From assembly GCF_964204645.1 (NCBI RefSeq), contig NC_134033.1, forward strand, positions 888,131 to 952,130: a stretch of 64,000 nt of DNA, written 5' to 3'. Below are positions 13,283 to 24,432 of this stretch, piece after piece. The stretch's first letter is position 1. Each line of letters begins with the position of its first letter. Below the pieces are notes generated by a model, which did not search any database, was not told the DNA's origin, and saw nothing but the letters and a program-made list of their open reading frames with translations. A program made the position numbers and the translations under genes. The stretch comes from Tubulanus polymorphus. Its lineage: Eukaryota; Animalia; Nemertea.

Positions 13283-14214
13283 CGCGGCGCTAGCGAACGC
13301 GCAAGACAATCATAGAAACTATTACACGTTGCTACAGGCAACGTAGGTGAACTATTAACAGGTGCAGACGACGCGGTGGACGACGACGCGCTGTTCGTTC
13401 TGATTGTGTCAAGTGATGAAATTTTAATTTTCTATTTTCTATAAATTGACACTGTTAATGAATAAAGCGAGAGAGAGTTAGAGAGGGAGAGGGGGAGAGA
13501 GAGAGGGAGAGGGAGAGAGAGTGATAGTGAGTGGGGGAGGGAGGGAGAGGGAGACCAGAGGGAGAGGGAGAGGAGAGAGAGGGAAAGGGAGAGAGGGAGA
13601 GGGAGACAGAGAGGTTTAAAACTTTAGCCAGTTCCACAGTTGTTTGGTTTTAGGGGAGACACCTGTAGAGAGTCTATGACTCCGGAGTCAAGCAGACACC
13701 TGTAGAGTCTATGACTCCGGAGTTGAGCAGACACCTGTAGAGTCTATGACTCCGGAGTCAAGCAGACACCTGCAGAGTCTATGAATCTTTTTGTAGTAAT
13801 TTCGCGGCTCATAAAAAGTCATCGCGGAACAAACGCAGGTATTCGTCGCCATAGCAACGTTATATGAGTATATTATTATCTGATGCGGAATCCACGCGTT
13901 TTTTATATCAAAAAATAAAACGGTATTTTTTATTTTCCGCGTCTTTGATTAATCCGAGAATAACGCGATGTCGGTCTGCCCGTGCGTTACCGCTGGCGAC
14001 CAACAGACGTACATCCATTGTTATTGATATGATCTGCTGCATCAATCGACGGGTTGCTGGAGTTCGGAGGATCTCACGACCGATCCCGCGACCACTCCCG
14101 GGCAAACTAACAATTATTCATTATTAATATTGTTTTCGTTAGATGAATGGTTTTTTACCTCAGGGGCAACTTTTACTGATATTCAAACAATTCACTGTGG
14201 AACTGTGGAACTCT

Positions 14215-14945
14215 TGTCTCCTCCTCTCTTCTCTCTTCTCCCTCCGTTCTTCTCTCTCCTCTCTTCTCTCTCCTCTCTTCTCTCTCCTCTCCTCTTTCCT
14301 TTCCCTCTCTCTCCTCTCTCTCCTCTCTCCTCTCTTCTCTTTCCTCTCTCCCTCTCCATTCCTTTATCTCTTCTTTCCCTCTCCCTGCTCTACTCTCTAA
14401 CCCACTACTTCTTGCTCCCTGTCTCTAACCCACTAACTCTCCACTCCTCTCTCCGCAATCTGGTTCTATAATTCTGATTTATTGTTGAAATCCGCGACAG
14501 ATTACAGTCTCCCTCTCTCCCTCTCTCCCTCCCTCCCTCCCTCCCTCCCTCCCTCCCTCCCTCTCTCCCTCCCTCCCTCTCTCCCTCCCTCTCTCCATCC
14601 CTCTCTCCCTCCCTCCCTCTCCCTCCTCTCTCTCCCTCCCTCTCTCTCTCCCTCCCTCTCTCCCTCTCTCCCCCTCTCTCCCTCTCTCCCTCTCTCTCTC
14701 TCTCTCTCCCTCCCTCCCTCCCTCCCTCCCTCTCTCTCCCTCCCTCCCTCTCTCTCTCCCTCCCTCTCTCCCTCCCTCTCTCCATCCCTCCCTCCCTCCC
14801 TCTCCCTCCTCTCTCTCCCTCCCTCTCTCTCTCCCTCCCTCTCTCCCTCTCTCTCCCTCTCTCCCTCTCTCCCTCTCCCTCCCTCTCTCCCTCCCTCCCT
14901 CTCTCCCTCCTTCCCTCTCCCTCCCTCCCTCCCTCCCTCCCTCTC
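14215..14945. repeat. Polypyrimidine/polypurine low-complexity tract (similar tracts at 4790-5060, 5690-5935, 9190-9540, 11975-12370, 13470-13612, 19500-19860, 28330-28820)
   Basis: (CT/CCCT)n and (GA/GGGA)n mosaics that generate the S/L/P- and E/R/G-rich ORFs in the track. Confidence 0.95.
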
Positions 14946-15712
14946 ACGCGCGCGCGCGCTATGGCTGATATCCCTCACTCTGCCTATATTATTAGCCCCC
15001 ATCACCGAGTCGGAGTGTGTTTAGAATTTTATGCTCAATTTAACGATTTGGGATTCGGAATTAACTCCTAATGTTACGCAGCAATTTCACAATAGATCAA
15101 GCAGTTTTATTGTCGCAAGCGAAGCTATCTATTTTCATTAACTCTGTAATTTGAATAGTGCCAACCAGATGATAAACATGGCATTTAGCGATTTCAACCC
15201 TAACGCACCCCTCCATAGAAATCGTCTGCCTCCACAAATCTCATTTTGGCATCATCAAATCAAAAATCAAGGAATTAACGAAATGAAACCATTCTCTTCT
15301 AAGGGACAAGAAAAAATGTCCTCTTTTGTAAACTAAATTAACCTTTCCATCTAAGATGTCTTCCTCCAAAAATCCCCCTATGACATCATACAGGAGATAG
15401 AAGATGGAAACCAGAATATCTCGAAATTGCCTGCAGTTTCAACATTTAACTTCATCTAAAGATGAATGAAAACCAACTTGAAAACTTAAGAATTGATTTC
15501 AATGAATTCATCTCATTCAGGTTACAAAAATTTCTAAACGAAAACTCAATATTTAAACAATGCTCTGAAATAGTTTTTCTGAACGTTGAATTTATGCCTG
15601 AGTTGTATCATTTCGAATAGAATTATCACTTTTAATTTGAAACATAAATCTTAGGGACGTGTTGATTAGATTATAGTTCAGTAGTGTATGTGTTAAATGT
15701 ATTTATCGGTCT

Positions 15713-16260
15713 GGATTCAGTTCCATGTTTGTGAGTTGAATTTGACTCCGAGTATACTTTGAACTCATTTCCACAGTTGTGAGTTGGAAACAACTCTGAA
15801 CTCAGGATCCAGTTCCACAGTTGTGAGTTAGAGTTAACTCTGAACTCAGGATCCAGTTCCCTAGTGGTATGTTAGAGTTAACTCTGAACTCAGGATCCAG
15901 CTCCACAGTTGTGAGTTGGAAACAACTCTGATATCAGGATCCAGTTCCACAGTTGTGAGTTAGAGTTAACTCTGAACTCAGGATCTAGTTTCACAGTTGT
16001 GAGTTAGAAACAACTCTGAACTCAGGATCCAGTTCCACATTTGTGAGTTAGAGTTTACTGTGAACTCAGGGTCCAGTTCCACAGTTGTATGTTAGAGTTA
16101 ACTCTGAACTCTGGATCCAGTTCCACAGTTTTGATTTAGAGTTAACTCTGAACTCAGGATTCAGTTCCACAGTTTAAGAGTAAACTCTGAATTAGAATTA
16201 GATCATTTTCAATGATTTAACTCTGAGTCAAATATAACTCACAGCTGTGGAACTGGATCC
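15713..16260. mobile_element. MITE-like element with tandemly amplified left arm (~44-bp unit)
   Basis: About 10 copies of GGATCCAGTTCCACAGTTGTGAGTTAGAGTTAACTCTGAACTCA closed by the inverted ACTCACAGCTGTGGAACTGGATCC at 16237-16260. Confidence 0.6.
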
Positions 16261-16723
16261 CGAATGAGTCACGATTTATTTAAGTTTGTAGCATTGGGTC
16301 TAACTGTAGCATTCAACAGCATGAACAATTTTTAATCTATCATTTTTAAAAAGTGTTAGTTTTAGAAACAGTTGCCGAACGCAGGTGCCGTTCAGTGCAC
16401 TCAGGTACAGTTTACTACAGTCAGGTGCAGTTCAGTTCATTCTATTATTTTTACCTGAAAGTGTCGTTTTCCGCGCGCTATAAATCCCGAGTGCGCGCCG
16501 TAACCGTGGCGATATATTCCGAGATAATGCGAAACTGAATCAACAATTTGTAATTGTCATCGGTGCACATGTGTGTTGAGTAGCGTTCTGTAAGCTGTGC
16601 GTGTGTGAGAGAGTGATGCTGCGGGCAACAATGATCAAACCAAGCCGCAAATATACGCAACCTCCATCTGTGGGGAAAATCCAGAACTATTTATCCTTAT
16701 ACTGAGTGTCCCTACTTGAGTCG

Positions 16724-17170
16724 GAGTTTGTGAAATACAGTAGACTCTGTCTCTTACTGCGGTAAAGTTGAGACTGGTAAAATTCTACCCCGAGTTTGTG
16801 TCAAATACTGAGTAAGAGTTTGTGAAATACAGTAGACTCTGTCTCTTACTGCGGTTAAGTTGAGACCGGTAAAATTCTACACAGTGTCAAATACTGAGTA
16901 AGAGTTTGTGAAATACAGTAGACTCTGTCTCTTACTGCGGTAAAGTTGAAACTGGTAGAATTCTACCCCGAGTTGGTGTCAAATACTGAGTAAGAGTTTG
17001 TGAAATACAGTAGACTCTGTCTCTTACTGCGGTAAAGTTGAAACTGGTAAAATTCTACCCCGAGTTGGTGTCAAATACTGAGTAAGAGTTTGTGAAATAC
17101 AGTAGACTCTGTCTCTTACTGCGGTAAAGTTGAGACCGGTAAAATTCTACCCCGAGTTGGTGTCAAATAC
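16724..17170. repeat. 92-bp minisatellite (5 copies)
   Basis: GAGTTTGTGAAATACAGTAGACTCTGTCTC at 16724, 16816, 16902, 16994, 17086. Confidence 0.92.
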
Positions 17171-17239
17171 TTTGTAATTGTTTTGGTGTCAAATATTCAA
17201 TGGTCTTTATTCATTTAAACTGAATAAGGAATCTACGTA

Positions 17240-17850
17240 TGGAATCGGTATCTACACCTCTGTGGTGCGAGGAATCGGTATCTATACCTCTGTGGTGGGA
17301 GGAATCGGTATCTACACCTCTGTGGTGCGAGGAGGTCGGTATCTACACCTCTGTGGTGCGAGGAATCGGTATCTACACCTCTGTGGTGCGAGGAATCGGT
17401 ATCTACACCTCTGTGGTGCGAGGAGGTCGGTATCTACACCTCTGTGGTGCGAGGAATCGGTATCTACACCTCTGTGGTGCGAGGAATCGGTATCTACACC
17501 TCTGTGGTGCGAGGAATCGGTATCTACACCTCTGTGGTGCGAGGAATCGGTATCTACACCTCTGTGGTACGAGGAATCAGTATCTACACCTCTGTGGTGC
17601 GAGGAATCGGTATCTACACCTCTGTGGTGCGAGGAATCGGTATCTACACCTCTGTGGTGCGAGGAATCGGTATCTACACCTCTGTGGTGTGAGGAATCGG
17701 TATCTACACCTCCGTGGTGCGAGGAATCGGTATCTACACCTCTGTGGTGCGAGGAATCGGTATCTACACCTCTGTGGTGTGAGGAATCGGTATCTACACC
17801 TCCGTGGTGCGAGGAATCGGTATCTACACCTCTGTGGTGCGAGGAGGTCG
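17240..17850. repeat. 30-bp minisatellite (~20 copies)
   Basis: GGAATCGGTATCTACACCTCTGTGGTGCGA, with occasional 31-bp variants; accounts for ORFs at 17178-17923. Confidence 0.95.
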
Positions 17851-18637
17851 CATCAATCTGTAGATGTTTATGTATTGTATCTACTCTAATCGTGTTATCG
17901 AACTTTAATTGAGAGGGCGACATTTCTAGTGTCTTAATGGACGATATTTGTCGACATTGATCGACATTTATACCGAGGGAATGTAAATCATTTCGTCAAT
18001 AAAATTCCGTCCGTCGTCAGCTGTTAATAGCGGGGACCGTCTCGAAATATTGAACTGTCGACTGTTAGTAGCGGGGACCATCTCAAAATATTGAACCAAC
18101 CGCGTCAGCATTTCAGATATGGCCCCCTCCTTAAAAGCAGACATCGAAATTAAAGTTTCTCAAACACTTGAATTCGAATGAACGTCTACTTTTAAACGTT
18201 CACGTTCACCGTTTGATAATTGACGTTCGCGAGAACCGATCAATAAATCAATATCGAAATCAAACGTTCGTTCGTTCGTCCCAAATTTAGCCATTTTGCG
18301 ATCGATTTAGTTTTCGCCCCGAAGGTTCAACGGCTCTACGCGGAATTCGTGTAGAATTGAAATCGTGTTTTCGCGACTCAAAAGGTGACGTGGATTTCAT
18401 GTTGAAATGCTCACGAGTTGTTGTTGGCACAATGCCAGTGAAATTGTTATTTTTGATACATTTATTTTGATACTCTCCAGTGTCGAGTAGAATAGTAGAA
18501 TAGCCACACACTATTTCACACATCACGATGAAGTTGAGTCTTTTTAATTCTTCATTTTTGCGCTTGTGAAGGGAAACATTTTCTAAGTGTTTATTTGAAT
18601 ATTAATCCAGATTAATCGAGTTTAATGATAACATTTA

Positions 18638-18894
18638 GAGCTAGAGTAGTTTATTCAATGTTTCGACTTTATCCTAATAGTCATCTTCAGGAACACTGTA
18701 TTCCTGAAGATGACTATTAGGATATAGTCGAAACGTTGAATAAACTACACTAGCTCAAGGAATACAGTATTCCTGAAGATGACTATTAGGATAAAGTCGA
18801 AACGTTGAATAAACTACACTAGCTCAAGGAATACATTATTCCTGAAGATGTCTATTAGGATATAGTCGAAACGTTGAATAAACTACACCAGCTC
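18638..18894 (+). mobile_element. Penelope-like pseudo-LTR remnant with minimal hammerhead ribozyme motifs (1 inverted + 3 tandem 69-bp copies)
   Basis: TATTC-CTGAAGA-T-GACTAT-tagg..-ATAGTC-GAAAC-GTT-GAATA followed by AATAAA-like sequence; CTGAAGA cores at 18704, 18773, 18842; reverse-complement copy at 18638-18693. Confidence 0.75.
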
Positions 18895-20093
18895 AAAAAA
18901 ATATTTTTGGATTTTAATATATAATGTGTTTGTTATTATTGGAGGGAATAATTCTATATTCTCGTCACAATTCGGACTCATAGCGTTTTATCAATTGTTG
19001 TTTATTTCACCGCGGATTTCTCGTGTCTCAAATGATGCGCATAGCACCGGTTGTTTTAATTGGAGAATGCCAGCGTTCTAATATTTCCTCCAGCGCGCGT
19101 GTGCGTGCGTGAAGTGATAGAGATTTCACCTCCGGGCGAGATTTCATTGCCCACTTGAGATTCTCGTGCGTCTCTCCGTATGGTCGTCACCGGTGGTGCT
19201 ATTATCCGCATTCATTACGGTCGGCTGTTGTCTTTCAGCGTCGAGATCTCGCGTGTAATTGCTTTGACATTTAAAATCGGATAGAGAATCTCACGATTCG
19301 CCGGCGATGGAATCTCCTCGATTCACGATTCTACGTTTATAACCGACGCTTTTAACGTCGTCTAATCGTCATTCATCGCGATGTTGTTGTATCCATGGTG
19401 ATGACCTTGTTTCGAGGTCGTTCGTTTGCGTTGACGTCATTTCGTTCGTCAGAAAAGTTTCAGAAAAAATCTCTTCGTAAAACATCAAAGAAAAAATGTT
19501 TTCTCCTCTCTTTCATCCCTCTCATCTGTCCCCTCTCTGCTCTCTCTCCCCTCTCCCCTATTCTCCCTCCTCTCCCCTACCTCTCTCCCTCCTCTCCCAT
19601 TCATCTCTCCCCTATTCTCTCCTCTCCCAATCATCTCTCCCTTCTCTCTCTCCTCTCCCCTCTCCTCCCTCTCTTTATACTCTCTCCTCCCCATTCACCT
19701 CCTCTCTCCCTCTCTCCTTTTCCCCTCTCTCGGTCTAGCCTCCGCTCCCCTCTTTCGCTCTCCACTCTCCTCTCATTCCTCCCCTCTTTCTCCTCTCTCT
19801 CCCCTCGTCTCTTTCCTCTCACATTACTCTCTCCTCTCTTTCCCTCCTCCCTCTTCTCTGCTTGTTTTACTGTTAAGTGCTGAATTATCATGTGCTAAGA
19901 ATAAAAGGGATAAAATGTTTGTCCAAACAGCAACTGAATTTCTGTAAATCTGATTTTCCAGCTGACCATTTGTGAAACACTGGAGTAGTTTGTGAGGGAG
20001 AGTCCCATACACTGATATAACGAGAAGAAGAAGTCTAAAGTCCGATGTAACTTCTTACTGTATTTTCACTCTTTGTTTCCTGTATATTTTCAG

Positions 20094-20200
20094 GTTGTTT
20101 TATTTTGGTAATGAATGAAAGCAACGAACCGAAAATGTTACTCTACAGAATTTTCTTTCCCGTCATTTTTTCCGTGATGTTTCTTTGGCCTCTTCTTCAG
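20094..20200 (+). CDS. Internal exon of gustatory-receptor-like (GRL/7TMIC) membrane protein
   Basis: Acceptor tgtatattttcag, donor CAG|gtaac; reads xCFILVMNESNEPKMLLYRIFFPVIFSVMFLWPLLQ (one TM helix) and joins in phase 0 to the next exon. Confidence 0.85.
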
Positions 20201-20261
20201 GTAACAAGCGAAAAAATGCTGACCTAGTTTTATCTGCACCGTGTACCGGGATTCCCCTCAC

Positions 20262-22039
20262 ACATTTTATCAGCACACTTTCAAAAACTGATCGTCCACA
20301 CTTCACTTGTGTTCAGTGCTTCACCCGAGACATTTTTGATTGAAAATGAACTACAAACACCAGATATTAGACATTTTATCAGCATATTTTCAAAAACTGA
20401 TCGTCCACACTTCACATGTGCTTCACCTGAGACATTTCTAATCGAAAATGAACTACAAACACCAGATATTAGACATTTTATCAGCACACTTTCATAAACT
20501 GATCATCCACACTTCACATGTGTTCAGTGCTTCACCTGAGACATTTCTAATTGAAAATGAACTACAAACACCAGATATTAGACATTTTATCAGCACACTT
20601 TCATAAACTGATCATCCACACTTCACATGTGTTCAGTGCTTCACCTGAGACATTTTCAATTGAAAATGAACTACAAACACCAGATATTAGACATTTTATC
20701 AGCGCACTTTCAAAAACTGATCGTCCACACTTCACATGTGTTCAGTGCTTCACCTGAGACATTTCAAATTGAAAATTAACTACAAACACCAGATATTAGA
20801 CATTTTATCAGCGCACTTTCAAAAACTGATCATCCACACTTCACATGTGTTCAGTGCTTCACCTGAGACATTTTCAATTGAAAATGAACTACAAACACCA
20901 GATATTAGACATTTTATCAGCACACTTTCAAAAACTGATCGTCCACACTTCACATGTGTTCAGTGCTTCACCTGAGACATTTCTAATTGAAAATGAACTA
21001 CAAACACCAGACATTAGACATTTTATCAGCACACTTTCAAAAACTGATCGTCCACACTTCACATGTGTTCAGTGCTTTACCTGAGACATTTTCAATTGAA
21101 AATGAACTACAAACACCAGATATTAGACATTTTATCAGCTCACTTTCAAAAACTGATCGTCCACACTTCACATGTGGTCAATGCTTCACCTGAGACATTT
21201 TCAATTGAAAATGAACTACAAACACCAGATATTAGACATTTTATCAGCACACTTTCATAAACTGATCGTCCACACTTCACATGTGTTCAGTGCTTCACCT
21301 GAGACATTTCTAATTGAAAATGAACTACAAACACCAGATATTAGACATTTTATCAGCACACTTTCAAAAACTGATCGTCCACACTTCACTTGTGTTCAGT
21401 GCTTCACCTGAGACATTTTTGATTGAAAATGAACTACAAACACCAGATATTAGACATTTTATCAACACACTTTCAAAAACTGATCGTCCACACTTCACTT
21501 GTGTTCAGTGCTTCACCTTAGACATTTTTGATTGAAAATGAACTACAAACACCAGATATTAGACATTTTATCAACACACTTTCAAAAACTGATCGTCCAC
21601 ACTTCACTTGTGTTCAGTGCTTCACCTGAGACATTTTTGATTGAAAATGAACTACAAACACCAGATATTAGACATTTTATCAACACACTTTCAAAAACTG
21701 ATCGTCCACACTTCACTTGTGTTCAGTGCTTCACCTGAGACATTTTTGATTGAAAATGAACTACAAACACCAGATATTAGACATTTTATCAACACACTTT
21801 CAAAAACTGATCGTCCACACTTCACTTGTGTTCAGTGCTTCACCTGAGACATTTTTGATTGAAAATGAACTACAAACACCAGATATTAGACATTTTATCA
21901 ACACACTTTCAAAAACTGATCGTCCACACTTCACTTGTGTTCAGTGCTTCACCTGAGACATTTCTAATTGAAAATGAACTACAAACACCAGATATTAGAC
22001 ATTTTATCAGCACACTTTCACTAACTGATCATCCACACT
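20262..22039. repeat. 109-bp tandem repeat (~16 copies) filling a GRL intron
   Basis: ACATTTTATCAGCACACTTTCAAAAACTGATCGTCCACAC... with period 109 (ORF starts 21532, 21641, 21750, 21859). Confidence 0.95.
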
Positions 22040-22112
22040 ACAGTGGTGAAGGGGTGCAGGTTGCAGACTCAGAATTTGCAGGTTCCAGTTTGATAACTGT
22101 ATGTATTTTCAG

Positions 22113-22244
22113 GCTGGTCGTATGAACTCAGTTTGCGCTCGATTCAAGCGTCTGGCGTTGGATATGAGAGTGTTTGGATTCCGTAACGCTTCAATGATTG
22201 AATTGGATTCATTTGTTAGTTTCGTCGGTCAAACTCATTTAAGG
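22113..22244 (+). CDS. Penultimate exon of GRL-like protein
   Basis: ttttcag acceptor, AGG|gtaaga donor, 132 nt phase 0/0: AGRMNSVCARFKRLALDMRVFGFRNASMIELDSFVSFVGQTHLR; matches the core of ORF 22101..22289 in the track. Confidence 0.88.
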
Positions 22245-22499
22245 GTAAGAGAATCAAATAGATATCTACTGCTTCAATACAGGAAATAAAATTGGGGAAC
22301 TTGGACGAGAATCAAGGATTTTAACTTTTCATATAATATGTACCCTACCCTAAGCTACTCAATGTTAATAATCCGTAAACCCTAACCCTTACCCTCTCGA
22401 TATTAATCCTTTTGACCCTCAGCTCTGATTGCTTTGATTGAAAAAGCCGCCATTTTGTTTAGAGCTCACGGTTATAGGATTTACCCCTATTCCGAGGGA

Positions 22500-22632
22500 C
22501 CGTTTGCATAGTCAGGGCTTAGACTTAAGACCGTACTAAAACCAACTTAGTTCTACTGCCAATATAACAACTAAGGACCAGTCTCGAGATTTAAGACCAC
22601 TTTTCGCTCTTAAGTCTTGACTATGGAACCGG
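22500..22632. mobile_element. Small MITE-like inverted-repeat element in GRL intron
   Basis: CCGTTTGCATAGTCAGGGCTTA at left vs TTAAGTCTTGACTATGGAACCGG at right (imperfect TIR). Confidence 0.5.
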
Positions 22633-22673
22633 TGTTAGTACTCTAACTTACTGATAGTAGTTTCTATTTTCAG

Positions 22674-22790
22674 GCGAAGATGTTTCACATTCCGGTTCGC
22701 ACGTCGTATATAGCCGGTATTAGCGTCGTTCTCTGCTTCATCGCTTTGATATTGTTACAACTCGGTAACTTCGGAAATGGTTACGTGTAG
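22674..22790 (+). CDS. Probable terminal exon of GRL-like protein (TM7)
   Basis: tttctattttcag acceptor; AKMFHIPVRTSYIAGISVVLCFIALILLQLGNFGNGYV* (TAG 22788-22790). The hydrophobic run ending in Q resembles the Gr/GRL TM7 hhhhhQ signature. An alternative donor G|gtaac at 22764/22765 cannot be excluded. Confidence 0.8.
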   Translation, partial: AKMFHIPVRTSYIAGISVVLCFIALILLQLGNFGNGYV

Positions 22791-23520
22791 TTCGGCCGCC
22801 CCCCCCCCTCGGGCAATGGTTACATGTAGTTCGGCCGCCCCCTCCCCCCTCCGGCAATGGTTACGTGTAGTTCGGCCGCCCCCCTCCCCTTGTTTACATC
22901 TGCTGGCAGATCAGAAATTTGTGTTGGTACTACGAACTGAATTTGACCTAGCCGTGACTATTGTATGGGTAACTCTAGGTGAAGCTGATTACCCATGAAA
23001 TTAGGGTTTAACTGTAGACCAAACTAGTCGGGCATCATCGAACTTATCAAACCTAGGATATTGTTGACTGATTGTTCGTCACCAACGCGCTACGAGACCA
23101 GCCCTGGGATTTCTGGGCCCGACCCAGTCTGAGACTAGCCCTCAATATCCAGTCTATGAAAGTGGCCCTGAGGTTTCTGGGGGTAACACCATAGACTGGG
23201 TCCTGTGATTTCCGGGGCATTACCCAGTCTTTGAGATGAGGGACCAGTCGCTCAAAAGTTGGTAAACCGGTGGATAGTTGACTAAGTGGCAATTGAATGT
23301 TCATTGTTACTATGGTATTTATCCGCCGGTTGTCTTTTAACAAACTTTTGAGCAACTACCGCTCCCTGGCGAATAAAGTTGAGTGAAAAGATCGAAAATT
23401 ATTGATGCTAAAATTGCTCTCAGACTTTTAAAATCAAATGCATTTATTTATGTAAAATTTCCATACAAAACGGATTGATATTATTTATAACTGTATGTAC
23501 TAATGATTATTGAAATATTC

Positions 23521-23617
23521 GCATGGTAATCCTTCGCCCCACAATACTGTAGAATTCGATCAGATGCCCCAGACTCTCCATCAACGGTCCATCGTCGAGG
23601 TAGTGCATGTTCCCTTC
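23521..23617 (-). pseudogene. Isolated, frameshifted SH2-domain exon fragment, Shark/HTK16-like tyrosine kinase
   Basis: After a tag acceptor: EGNMHYLDDGPLMESLGHLIEFYSIV; removing one G from a G run gives GEGLPC. This fits, from recall, the xIDDGPxxxSLEHLxxxY...DGLP end of Shark-family SH2. No neighbouring exons seen. Confidence 0.65.
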
Positions 23618-24432
23618 CTAGATATACCAGTTAAGCTTACAACGGCTCGACACAAAAATGGCTCGAATATGAAAGAATGTTATAACTCTGTTAATCAGGA
23701 TGGTTTCTGCAGCGCGAACTGGAGTTGGGGTAAATGAAAGTATTATCACTGGCAGAGTCTACTTTTTTACAGCTTAGATTGCATTGTCTTGTAAAAACAG
23801 GCAATATTGTTAATGTGTACATTGAATGTTGGAACTTTTTCGCGGGGGAAAAAATTGTTACGTATTGTAGAACTCAGTCGAACGTTCTCAAATTGTCTTC
23901 CAGGATCCAGTTCTGCAGTTGATTAGTGTAGTGTCAAAACTAGTTTTATTTGTTACTGGTTAACCTCTGTACCAAAAACTGTGAAGCTTTAGTCAGTCGA
24001 AGACAATCTTCTGGAAATCTTTGTAAAATCGTGTTAAAATTCACTGCTGATTATTTTCTTCTATTGTTTATATATAAAAGTCATGTCTTTTTTCAACTGC
24101 TGAAATTTTCCGAGAAACCGTTTACTCAAAAATTGTTAATTTTTCTATGTGATTTTTTGAATATTTTTGAAAACTGGTATCATTGGCTATCATCAGCTTA
24201 TCAAGAATAGAATATTTTTGATCAAGTTATCTAGTCTTTTTTATTGTTGATAGAAGTTAGAATTCATTGTCAGCGCTTGTTCGTAGCCCTAGTTTTTTAA
24301 CGCCTCAAAATTAAACCCACAGGTCCCCTGTATAGTTTCCGGGGTGAGACGAGAGCCACAATCGCCTATCATCGGTTCAGTCATTACGATTTTCATTTTA
24401 GCGAATCAACCTGTCACCTGAGGTCCAACCTG

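Noticed and set aside
4762-15024. E/R/G-rich and S/L/P-rich ORFs
   Set aside because: Translations of GA/CT low-complexity tracts.
17178-17923. 200-244 aa repetitive ORFs
   Set aside because: Pure 30-bp minisatellite; 31-bp variants shift frame; open on both strands.
20281-22125. Cluster of 60-88 aa ORFs
   Set aside because: 109-bp repeat (not a multiple of 3) inside a well-defined GT-AG intron.
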